Origin: Candidatus Omnitrophota bacterium
Lineage (GTDB): Bacteria; Omnitrophota; Gorgyraeia; Zapsychrales; Fredricksoniimonadaceae
DNA length: 62,610 bases
Assembly (NCBI GenBank): GCA_013287965.1
Contig: JABDCU010000008.1
Span: 1 to 62,610 of the forward strand
Reading direction: 5' to 3'
In this document: positions 17,951-26,116 of the stretch, one piece after another
Layout of the letters: each line of letters begins with the position of its first letter
Position numbering within the stretch: the first letter of the stretch is position 1
Translations under genes and position numbers: made by a program
Notes under the pieces: model-generated
What the model saw: the letters and a program-made list of their open reading frames with translations, nothing else
Told to the model about the DNA's origin: nothing
Databases searched by the model: none

Positions 17951-20184
17951 TGATCTATTGGTCCGCCGTCTTAAGTGTCTTAATATCCATTGAATGTGTC
18001 TTTGCCGGCACATGCTTTTCCATTCTTTTTCCCCCCAAGCCGTCGCCCTTGGTCCAGGATTTTTTTACCACCTATCAGCACGCGATCACGCCTAAATATG
18101 ATGTATTGTTCTTGCGGCTTTTTATCGTGGCGGGTGTGGCTGCTTTTATTTTATTGATGCGGTTTTGCGGCCGGATGACCCCGCAAAAACATGCTTCATT
18201 CAAATATTTTACCTTTGTGCAGGCAGCGGTCATTATTACCGAGACATTCTTTCTATTCAAATTTGCCGTTTACCGCTATCCGGTGTTCCTTAATGGGTTT
18301 TACATAGCGTTGATGGCAAGTGCCGCCATCAAAATATTCACTCCGGAAGTCATGAAGTCATTGCGGCGTTTTGATAAGCGTATGAAAGATAAAACGCCTT
18401 TCTTAAATCTTTCTCTCTGGCTGACAGCAGCGGCAGGGGTGCTTATTCCCTTGATCATCTGGGTCCCGGATGTGGAAGGCTCCGTGGCCAGGATGTTTTT
18501 TGGCGAACAGTTCCACCATATTGATTCGATATTGATGGTGCCCGGATGGGTGCATCTGTCGGGGAATATTTTAGGGATAGATAATATATCCCGTTACGGC
18601 GTCGGGGCGCCTGTGCTTGTTGCTGAAATAGCACAGCGTTTATTGGGCCAATTTAGTTATGTCCATGTAGTGATCGTTACGATGGCCGTCAGTGTGGTGT
18701 ATTATTGGATATGGTTCTATGCCTTGCGCCTTGTTTTAAAAGACGCTGTCTGGGCATTCATTGCTATTTTTCTGGGCTTGCGCCTGCAATTTTTTAATAT
18801 AGAGACCTTCCCGTTTATTTTTACCTATCCTCAGGACACGCCTTTGCGGTTCTTTTTCGATAGTTTGTTTTTTTTATTTTTGGTCCTGCATACGCAAAGC
18901 GGCCGGATGAGATGGCTGTATTTAGCCTCGGCGGTGAGCGGCTTTTTTGTTTTTTATATTACCGGCGAGGGAGTATTCACCTTGGCCGCCTTTTATGTCT
19001 TTTTGGTCCTGCGTGAAGTGTTTGTGGTGATGAATCCCGGCGGTTTGATGCGGCGTGTCAACAAAGGACAGGCGGCCCTGTTATTAGGGACCCCATGGGT
19101 GGTTTTTTTATCCGGTTTCTGGATGGTGGCAGGCGGGCATATTTTTACTAAGGTTTTCTGGACCAATCAGCTTGAACTTATCCGTTTTTATGAGGCGGGC
19201 GGCCAGGCTGCTTTGATGATCAATAATTTGACACCTCCTTTTGTTGACCGCGCTTCCATCGCCTTTCTTTTGCCTGTGCTGTATTTGTTCGTCCTGGTTG
19301 TTTTGTTAGGAAAGCTGATGCAAAAGGCCCTTAAAATAGACGGCTTGCTCATGCTTGGCGCGTCTGTTTTTCTGCTGATGAGTTATCATTATCACGCGGC
19401 AATTGCCAACAATATGCCGTCTTATTTGCGCAATGGGGTGGTCATCGCGATGCTGACAGTTTATGTGCTTAAAGGGATGACGGCACGCCTGGGGCAATAT
19501 CATCAACGGCTTTGGAAGATTGCCTGCGGTATTTTAGTTTTTGTGATGATGGTGACGACGCATCAATTCCTGCTGCATCCGAATATTTTTAATTTGTCGC
19601 GTAACCCCATGACGCACCCGGTGGTAAGCGAAGTTCCCATCGGAAGGAACAGTTATTTTAGCCATTTGTTCATCAGTTATCCGGACGCCTTTAAACTGCC
19701 GGTCAATGGGTTGGGGCAGAAGGACGAGATGCTGGTGACGGAAAATGATTTTAGCGATGATAATCAAATGAAGGAACTTTTCAGAAAAGAATCGGATTAC
19801 GCTAAGGATGCCGCTTTGATCCAATCATTGACCGCTCCTGAAACAGAGGTCCCGCTGGTCTCTTCGTTTGAAAATCTGGTCCTCATGCAAGCCAAGCGCC
19901 GTCCTTTTTTCTATACCTATATGCTGGTCAACGCACAGCCCAGGCGCATGCGTAAATTCCCCGTTACCATGCTTTATACCAAAGGTAATTTACAGCGGGA
20001 GATCAGCCGTATTGAGAATTTCAAGCCTCCATATATATTTGTAGAGAAAACATTCCTTGTTTCCCCGATACCTCGGGCATATTTGTACGATAATGAGGAT
20101 TTGATCGCCCTGTTGTCGTATATTTTCAGCCACTATGGGTCGTATAAGCAGGGAGAATTCTTGGCAGCATTAAAACGTCAATAA
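17947..20184 (+). CDS. Array paralogue 7 of 7 (long-linker subtype)
   Basis: ATGA overlap with paralogue 6. Motifs KIFTPEV, WVPDVEGSVARMFFGEQFHHID, RLQFFNIE, LHPNIFNLSRNPMTH, LPVNGLGQKDE, LVSSFENLVLMQAKRRPFFYTY, GEFLAALKRQ. Confidence 0.9.
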   Translation: MMIYWSAVLSVLISIECVFAGTCFSILFPPKPSPLVQDFFTTYQHAITPKYDVLFLRLFIVAGVAAFILLMRFCGRMTPQKHASFKYFTFVQAAVIITETFFLFKFAVYRYPVFLNGFYIALMASAAIKIFTPEVMKSLRRFDKRMKDKTPFLNLSLWLTAAAGVLIPLIIWVPDVEGSVARMFFGEQFHHIDSILMVPGWVHLSGNILGIDNISRYGVGAPVLVAEIAQRLLGQFSYVHVVIVTMAVSVVYYWIWFYALRLVLKDAVWAFIAIFLGLRLQFFNIETFPFIFTYPQDTPLRFFFDSLFFLFLVLHTQSGRMRWLYLASAVSGFFVFYITGEGVFTLAAFYVFLVLREVFVVMNPGGLMRRVNKGQAALLLGTPWVVFLSGFWMVAGGHIFTKVFWTNQLELIRFYEAGGQAALMINNLTPPFVDRASIAFLLPVLYLFVLVVLLGKLMQKALKIDGLLMLGASVFLLMSYHYHAAIANNMPSYLRNGVVIAMLTVYVLKGMTARLGQYHQRLWKIACGILVFVMMVTTHQFLLHPNIFNLSRNPMTHPVVSEVPIGRNSYFSHLFISYPDAFKLPVNGLGQKDEMLVTENDFSDDNQMKELFRKESDYAKDAALIQSLTAPETEVPLVSSFENLVLMQAKRRPFFYTYMLVNAQPRRMRKFPVTMLYTKGNLQREISRIENFKPPYIFVEKTFLVSPIPRAYLYDNEDLIALLSYIFSHYGSYKQGEFLAALKRQ

Positions 20185-20202
20185 AACAGGAGAACGGATA
20201 TT

Positions 20203-20523
20203 ATGGCAACGATAGAAGATTTTAAGAAAATTGAATTGGTGGTAGCCCAGATCAAAGAGGTCAAGGAACATCCCAACGCGGACCGTCTTTATGTCCTGCA
20301 GGTGGACACGGGAAAGGATGTGCGGCAGATCGTCGCAGGGATCCGCAAAGCGTATACGCCCGAGCAGCTGGTCAATCGCCGGGTCATCCTGATCGTTAAT
20401 ATGGATCCCGCAGTTATTCGTGGGGAAACATCCAACGGCATGCTCTTGGCAGCATCGGATGTCAACGGCATGTCCTTGCTTGCGCCGGACAAAGAAATGA
20501 TGTTAGGCAGCATCGTCAAGTAA
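20203..20523 (+). CDS. Stand-alone tRNA-binding domain protein (CsaA / MetRS C-terminal EMAP-like OB fold)
   Basis: FKKIELVVAQIKEVKEHPNADRLYVLQVDTG..QIVAGI.. and SNGMLLAA are the classic tRNA_bind domain pattern. AGGAG lies upstream. Confidence 0.75.
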   Translation: MATIEDFKKIELVVAQIKEVKEHPNADRLYVLQVDTGKDVRQIVAGIRKAYTPEQLVNRRVILIVNMDPAVIRGETSNGMLLAASDVNGMSLLAPDKEMMLGSIVK

Positions 20524-20530
20524 TGCTTGT

Positions 20531-20716
20531 GAATATGGTTAAGCAGGTGTTGCTCCCGAAACGGGATATTTTTGCTGATCTGCTCAGTTTACAGCTCGAA
20601 TGTTCTAAAGATTCCCTTCATTTGGAACATTCTCGCTGTAAATCTTCGCAGATATGGAAAATTTCTCAGCAAAAAATCCCTATTGTTTCGTCCACAACAC
20701 CTGCTTAACCATATTC
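20531..20716 (+). repeat. Long-hairpin repeat, copy 2
   Basis: Perfect 22-bp outer stem (20531-20552 pairs with 20695-20716). Core ctcccgaaacgggatatttttg.. is shared with copy 3. The central loop (20606-20624) differs from copy 3 by 1 nt. The inner stem sequence differs from copies 1 and 3 but stays complementary. Confidence 0.85.
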
Positions 20717-20733
20717 AAAACTATTAGAAAACT

Positions 20734-21246
20734 ATGCCAGAACTGTCCCTTAAACAATTTGTCCCTTCAGAAGTTTGCCTTAAATGCGACGGCTGCTGCC
20801 GTTACAAGGAGGCAGATTCTGCCTGGCGCCCTAAACTAGGTGCCGGCGATAAGGCGGGTTTGGCTGACCTGATAACCGCGGGGGATGTCCTGGATGCTCA
20901 AGGGTATGTCAAAACCATTCAATCTTGCGGAAAGCATTTTTGCCAATTTCTCAACGGGGGGGACAACACCTGTAGCATTTATACCAAGCGGCCTTTTGAA
21001 TGTTCTTTGTATCCTTTTATCCTTGCCAAGACACCCGACACTGTTAAGGTCTATGCGCATTTAAGCTGTCCTTATGTCCAGGACCATTTGCCGCACGTGC
21101 AGTTTGATGCCTATGTGGCTTATTTGAAAGAGTTTTTCCATCAGGCGGATATCCGGGAATTTCTATCGCGCAATAAGGCCATGTTCCATGATTACAGCCT
21201 GTATGCTCCTGAATTATTGTATTTATTTGATCTGTCATTGCTATGA
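20734..21246 (+). CDS. YkgJ-family cysteine-cluster protein (CxxCxxCC, putative Zn/Fe-binding)
   Basis: CLKCDGCCRY motif near the N-terminus, further Cys residues (..CQF..C..C..), ~170 aa. Confidence 0.65.
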   Translation: MPELSLKQFVPSEVCLKCDGCCRYKEADSAWRPKLGAGDKAGLADLITAGDVLDAQGYVKTIQSCGKHFCQFLNGGDNTCSIYTKRPFECSLYPFILAKTPDTVKVYAHLSCPYVQDHLPHVQFDAYVAYLKEFFHQADIREFLSRNKAMFHDYSLYAPELLYLFDLSLL

Positions 21247-22157
21247 AGGACACGGCACTGCTTGACCAAAAACCGTTGGTAGATTCATATCTTAACTTGG
21301 GGGCGAGGCCCTTATCCGGTTTTTCTTTTGTCAGCTTGTTTGCCTGGTGTGATTTTTTTGATTTTGAGTTTAAAATGGTCCAGGACTGCCTGTGCATCTT
21401 TGCTCACGGAGGTCCGGGGTGCTTTTTATATTTGCCGCCTTTGGGGAAAAGTTTTGGTCCATCGACGATAGAGCTTGCCTTTAAGCATATGGCCCATGGG
21501 GGCAGGATCAAGGCGGTCAACCGTATAGAAAATATTCCGGGAAACTTATTGTCAGCCTTTGGCACAGGTAGTTATAATCAATACTTAAAGCCCGCGGAGT
21601 ACGTGTATCGCAAAGAAGACCTGATCGCCCTGAAAGGCAATGCCTATAAATCCCAGAGGCATGATTGCAATGGGTTTATAGCGCATCAGGCAGCACATTC
21701 TTTTGGGCCTTACATGGATGCGGATTTCGATCTTTGCAGGGACTTGTATGAACGCTGGGCGGATGATCGCGCGCAGTCTAACAGCGACGATGTTTACCGG
21801 TCCATGCTGCAGGAAAACCGCCTGGTGCACGCGCGTTTATTGAAATATTGGCAAGCCCTGGGGCTTATCGCCAGGGTCTTGAAGAAGGGCGAGCAGGTCA
21901 TCGGGTACACTTTTGGTTTCGCCCTGGATGAAAATACGTTTTGTGTTTACGCGGAAATTTCAGATTTGAAGGTCCCCGGGGCTGCGGCGTATATGTTCAG
22001 GAGTTTCTGCGCGGACAGAGCGTTAAAGGATTTCAACCGGATCAATACCATGGATGATTTTGCCATGCCCAAGGTGGCCCGGGCCAAGCAAGCGTATCAT
22101 CCTTCAGAATTAATTGCTTCATACACTGTATCGTTAAAGATCGGGGACAGCAGATGA
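21243..22157 (+). CDS. DUF2156-family protein (homologous to the C-terminal aminoacyl-tRNA-dependent transferase domain of MprF/lysyl-PG synthase)
   Basis: Pattern ..SFVSLFAWCDFFDFEF.., ..AEYVYRKEDLIALKGNAYKSQRHDCNGF.. matches my memory of the stand-alone DUF2156 layout, ~300 aa. ATGA overlap upstream. Confidence 0.55.
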   Translation: MKDTALLDQKPLVDSYLNLGARPLSGFSFVSLFAWCDFFDFEFKMVQDCLCIFAHGGPGCFLYLPPLGKSFGPSTIELAFKHMAHGGRIKAVNRIENIPGNLLSAFGTGSYNQYLKPAEYVYRKEDLIALKGNAYKSQRHDCNGFIAHQAAHSFGPYMDADFDLCRDLYERWADDRAQSNSDDVYRSMLQENRLVHARLLKYWQALGLIARVLKKGEQVIGYTFGFALDENTFCVYAEISDLKVPGAAAYMFRSFCADRALKDFNRINTMDDFAMPKVARAKQAYHPSELIASYTVSLKIGDSR

Positions 22158-22774
22158 ATATCAAGCTCGCGGAATTCGTCATTTTCGACGTAGAAACAAC
22201 CGGCCTTTCCCCTATTGACGGTGATCGCATTGTTGAAATCGCGGCAGTGAAGGTCAAGGGTTCCCAAGTGGTGGATAAATTTTATTCCCTGGTCAATCCT
22301 CAAAGGACTGTGCCGCCGCAGGCAACCCAGGTCAATAATATCACGGATGATATGCTTATATCAGCACCCGTCGCCGCTGATATCCTGCCTCAAATGATCC
22401 ATTTTATCGGCGGGGCATGTGTGGCCGGGCATAATGTGCGCTTTGACCTTAATTTCTTATGTTATGAATTGGCCCTGACCGGCCGCCGGCTTAATGACCA
22501 GACCCCGGCCGTGGATACTTTAAAAATGGCCCGTGACTTACTGCCTTATTTAAGTAACCATAAGCTGGGTTATTTGGCGCGTTCCCTGGGGGTGGTCGTT
22601 GACCAGACCCACCGCGCCATGGCAGACGTTGAGCTTACCGTCGCGGTGTTCCTGCGCCTGATGGACATGGCAGGGGACAAGGACCTCCAGCAAGTTTCGG
22701 TTTTCCTGAACCAATTTGGCGTTGAGAAGCCCAATTTCAAATTAACCCAAAAATCCCAAGCATCGCTTTTCTAA
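22154..22774 (+). CDS. DnaQ-like 3'-5' exonuclease (DNA polymerase III epsilon family)
   Basis: Exo I motif FDVETTGLSP, Exo II ..GHNVRFDLNFL.., Exo III ..HRAMADVE... ATGA overlap upstream. Confidence 0.75.
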   Translation: MNIKLAEFVIFDVETTGLSPIDGDRIVEIAAVKVKGSQVVDKFYSLVNPQRTVPPQATQVNNITDDMLISAPVAADILPQMIHFIGGACVAGHNVRFDLNFLCYELALTGRRLNDQTPAVDTLKMARDLLPYLSNHKLGYLARSLGVVVDQTHRAMADVELTVAVFLRLMDMAGDKDLQQVSVFLNQFGVEKPNFKLTQKSQASLF

Positions 22775-22777
22775 TCT

Positions 22778-24052
22778 ATGCCTTCGGTGCATCGACACAC
22801 TCTCTCCTTTAACGGGGATGCCTTTAGTATTTTCTCTATTTTTAAAGACCAGCCGCATCCATTTTTCCTGGACAGCAGTTTACACCGCTCCGGGGGCCAA
22901 TTTTCTTATATCGGCTTTGCTCCTTTCACGACGGTGAGGGGCAAGGACCTGTTTAAATTCAAGAAAGTATTTGATAAATACCGTATTGCGGCCTCAGGAC
23001 TGTCTTTTCCCGCCGGAGCAGTGGGATATTTAGGGTATGACGGCTCTTTATTTTTTGGGCTTTACGATACCGTTTTGTCCGTGGACCATCGAAAAAAGCA
23101 GCTGATCATTTCCAGTTTTTCCAAGGGCCGCATTCAAGATATTTTGAAATGCGTATTTTCGGGTGGCTCGGACTTGCTTAACAGCAAAGACGAGACAGGA
23201 CCCGAGGATCTGCGTTTCAAAAGTAATTTCACTAAAGCTGGCTACATGAAAGCCGTGCGCCAGGCGCTGGAACACATCCGCCGCGGAGACATCTATCAGA
23301 TCAATCTTTCTCACCAAATAAAGGTGCAGATACGGCATTGGCAGAGATACACAGAGCCGGCTGCCATTTATAAGAATTTGCGCCAGGCTTTCCCGTCGGA
23401 ATTTGGGGCTTATTTTGATGACGGCAGGCAGGTGATCTTAAGCGCCTCACCAGAGCGTTTTTTGAAATTGCAAAACGGGATTGCCCAGGTCAAGCCGATG
23501 AAGGGGACGCGTCCACGGGGAAAAACAAAGATCCAGGACAGGGGTTTAAAAGAGCAATTGCAAAAGAGTCCTAAAGAAATTGCCGAGCTTTTGATGGTCA
23601 CGGACCTGGAGCGCAATGATCTGGGCAGGGTCTGTGATTATGCATCAGTCGAGGTCAAGGCCATGCGCACCATTGAGACATACGCATCTGTTTTTCAGGC
23701 AACGGCGACGGTCGAGGGCCGCCTGCGGCACGGTTGTGATCAATTTGATCTGCTGCAAGCGACCTTTCCCAGCGGCTCAGTCACCGGCTGTCCTAAAATT
23801 GAGGCGATGAAGATCATTAAGAAATTGGAAGCTTGTCCGCGCGGACTATATACCGGTGCCTTGGGCTATATGAGTTTTTCAGGGGACATGGATTTTAATG
23901 TAATGATACGAACCATGTTCCTGGACCAGAAAGAGATCACTTTTCACGTCGGCGGCGGGATCGTGGCAGATTCCAAGCCCGCAGACGAGTGGCAGGAAAC
24001 CTGGGACAAGGCCAAGCCATTGATCGAAACGTTAAAGCGGTCTTTTTTATGA
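22778..24052 (+). CDS. pabB: Aminodeoxychorismate synthase component I (chorismate-binding enzyme)
   Basis: GDIYQINLSHQ, SASPERFLK, PMKGTRPRG, ERNDLGRVC, FPSGSVTGCPKIEAMKII and RGLYTGALGY motifs. Followed by a class IV aminotransferase-like lyase. Confidence 0.75.
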   Translation: MPSVHRHTLSFNGDAFSIFSIFKDQPHPFFLDSSLHRSGGQFSYIGFAPFTTVRGKDLFKFKKVFDKYRIAASGLSFPAGAVGYLGYDGSLFFGLYDTVLSVDHRKKQLIISSFSKGRIQDILKCVFSGGSDLLNSKDETGPEDLRFKSNFTKAGYMKAVRQALEHIRRGDIYQINLSHQIKVQIRHWQRYTEPAAIYKNLRQAFPSEFGAYFDDGRQVILSASPERFLKLQNGIAQVKPMKGTRPRGKTKIQDRGLKEQLQKSPKEIAELLMVTDLERNDLGRVCDYASVEVKAMRTIETYASVFQATATVEGRLRHGCDQFDLLQATFPSGSVTGCPKIEAMKIIKKLEACPRGLYTGALGYMSFSGDMDFNVMIRTMFLDQKEITFHVGGGIVADSKPADEWQETWDKAKPLIETLKRSFL

Positions 24053-24786
24053 AAACAATTTTTTTCGACGGCCGATATCTCAACGTGAACGCCCAGATCA
24101 CTGAGGCCTTCACACCAGGTTCTTTTAAGGGCAAAGGCGTTTTTGAAACCATGCTGGGCTTGGACGGGGCGGTGCTGGACACGGCCCTGCATTTAAAGCG
24201 CCTGCGAACAGGTCTGAAATTCTTGAGCATCAAAGCACCACTTATCAATCCATTGATATTAAAGGAATTATTGCAGCGTAATCATCTACCGTCTGGGCGT
24301 GTCAGGCTTATGGTCTGGCAAGCAGGTAAAGAGGTGCATGTGATGGCAGCGGCCTTGCCGTATAAGATCTCTAATAAGAAAATTTATCGCGTTTGTTTGG
24401 TCAAGACCAACCGTGCGGCCAATGCCCGTTTGGCCGACGTAAAATCATTAGATTATGGATTGTTCGCGCAAAGCCATGCCCAAGCCCAAAAACACGGGTT
24501 TGATGAGGCACTTTTGCTTAACCGTAGCGGCCATATTTTTGAAGCCAGCCGGGCAAATATTTTTTGGACCAAGGACAATGTCTTGTATACGCCGCCATTG
24601 TCTTCGGGGTGTTTGAACGGTATCACCCGCCAACAGGTCATCAAACACGCCGGCAATCTGAAAATTCCTGTGAAAGAAAGGAATTTGACGCCGGGGGCCC
24701 TCAAAAGATCCGATGCCGCTTTTTTGACCAATTCTCTCATCGGCATCAAACCTATCGAAGTCCCCCGTGAGCTATACTTGACCTGA
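24049..24786 (+). CDS. pabC: Aminodeoxychorismate lyase / class IV aminotransferase fold
   Basis: ATGA overlap with pabB. ..FEASRANIF.., ..GCLNGITRQ.., ..FLTNSLIGI.. is a typical class IV PLP pattern. The track start at 23989 lies inside pabB. Confidence 0.6.
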   Translation: MKTIFFDGRYLNVNAQITEAFTPGSFKGKGVFETMLGLDGAVLDTALHLKRLRTGLKFLSIKAPLINPLILKELLQRNHLPSGRVRLMVWQAGKEVHVMAAALPYKISNKKIYRVCLVKTNRAANARLADVKSLDYGLFAQSHAQAQKHGFDEALLLNRSGHIFEASRANIFWTKDNVLYTPPLSSGCLNGITRQQVIKHAGNLKIPVKERNLTPGALKRSDAAFLTNSLIGIKPIEVPRELYLT

Positions 24787-24817
24787 CGGATAAATTTATA
24801 TACACTAATCGAAATAA

Positions 24818-26116
24818 ATGGCATCCAAATCCGTACAAACTTTAAGTTCCGTGGACCCAAGCTCGGTAAAACCGCAAGAGAGCTGCCGCGTCTGCAAGGC
24901 AAAAAACCTGGTCACCTATTTTGATTTCGGCCTGATGCCTCTTGCCAACCGTAATCTTTCCCTTTCCCAGCTTGACTTAAAGGAACCTGTCTTTCCGCTG
25001 CAGTTGTTGTTTTGTAAAACCTGCGGTCTTTCCCAGCTAAGCCTGGTGGTGGCGCCGGAGGTTTTGTATCAGGGATACACTTATCATTCTTCTGTTTCCC
25101 AAACTTTCCAACAGCATTGCAGGGAAATTGTTTCGACGCTTAAGCAGCATCTTGACCTAAAGCCTAAGGGTCTTGTGGTGGAGATCGCCAGCAATGACGG
25201 GTGTCTTTTGTCAAAATTCGCCGAGAGCGGATTTCAAGTGATCGGTGTAGAGCCGGCCAAAGAGTTGGCCTCTTTGACGCAAGCGCAGGGGTTTACGACA
25301 TTTTGCCAATTTTGGGGCCCCGGCGTTGCCGTCGAGATCCAGCGTCAATTTGGTAAGGTTGACCTTGTCATAGGCACCAATGTCATGGCGCATGTTGATG
25401 ACCTGGACGAATTTTTAGGCGCGGTCAATTCGATTTTGGGCCCGGAGGGACATCTTGTTTTTGAAGTCCCCTATATGGCCAATTATATCGAGCAGCTTGA
25501 ATTTGATACTACCTATCACGAACATCTCTCTTATTTTTTGCTCAGCCCCTTGAAACGGGTCCTCGAGGCCAATGGCTTTTGCATCATTGACGTCCAACGG
25601 CTTAAGATCCATGGCGGGTCCATCAGGGTCATCTGCGGCAAGAAGAGCGCGGCCCACGCCGTGTCTGCCAGCGTCGAGGCGCTTCTTACTTTTGAAAGAG
25701 ACATGGGGCTTCTCGAAGAAGATATTTATTTGAAATTCGCGGCACGCATCCACCATCTGCGCGACAGGCTCCGGCTTCTTTTGTCGTCCTTAAAGCAGAA
25801 GTCAAAACACATTGCTGCCTACGGCGCGTCAGCCAAAGGCAATATCCTGCTTAATTATTGTGGGATAGGCAAAGAAACCATTGACTACATCATTGATGAC
25901 ACCCCCCAAAAACAGGGTAAATTCCAATCCGGAACGCATATTCCCATTGTGGACTCAAGCCGGATGCTTAAAGAACGCCCCGATTATCTGCTCATACTCG
26001 CCTGGAATTTTACCGAGGAGCTCATGAACAAAACAGCCAAGTATTATCAAACAGGCGGTAACTATATTGTCCCGATCCCCGAGGTCAAGGTCCTTAACTC
26101 TTCCAGCCCTTTATGA
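24818..26116 (+). CDS. Sugar C-methyltransferase-type SAM methyltransferase (N-terminal Zn-ribbon, class I MTase, C-terminal C-methyltransferase domain)
   Basis: CRVC..(x)..CKTCGLSQL zinc ribbon, VVEIASNDG SAM motif, C-terminal ..AAYGASAKGN..DDTPQKQGKF..P.. as in TylC3/NovU-like enzymes. Confidence 0.7.
   Translation: MASKSVQTLSSVDPSSVKPQESCRVCKAKNLVTYFDFGLMPLANRNLSLSQLDLKEPVFPLQLLFCKTCGLSQLSLVVAPEVLYQGYTYHSSVSQTFQQHCREIVSTLKQHLDLKPKGLVVEIASNDGCLLSKFAESGFQVIGVEPAKELASLTQAQGFTTFCQFWGPGVAVEIQRQFGKVDLVIGTNVMAHVDDLDEFLGAVNSILGPEGHLVFEVPYMANYIEQLEFDTTYHEHLSYFLLSPLKRVLEANGFCIIDVQRLKIHGGSIRVICGKKSAAHAVSASVEALLTFERDMGLLEEDIYLKFAARIHHLRDRLRLLLSSLKQKSKHIAAYGASAKGNILLNYCGIGKETIDYIIDDTPQKQGKFQSGTHIPIVDSSRMLKERPDYLLILAWNFTEELMNKTAKYYQTGGNYIVPIPEVKVLNSSSPL

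Noticed and set aside
2233-20184. Possibility that the paralogue array is an assembly artefact (collapsed or duplicated repeat) or a set of decaying pseudogenes
   Set aside because: The copies are highly diverged at nucleotide level. Each has an intact full-length ORF with its own precisely coupled start and stop. Conserved motifs are retained in order, which is inconsistent with misassembly or pseudogenisation.
20523-20839. Track ORFs 20523-20708 and 20654-20839 (61 aa each)
   Set aside because: They lie within or across hairpin-repeat copy 2, have no RBS and have low-complexity translations. The repeat structure explains the sequence better than coding does.
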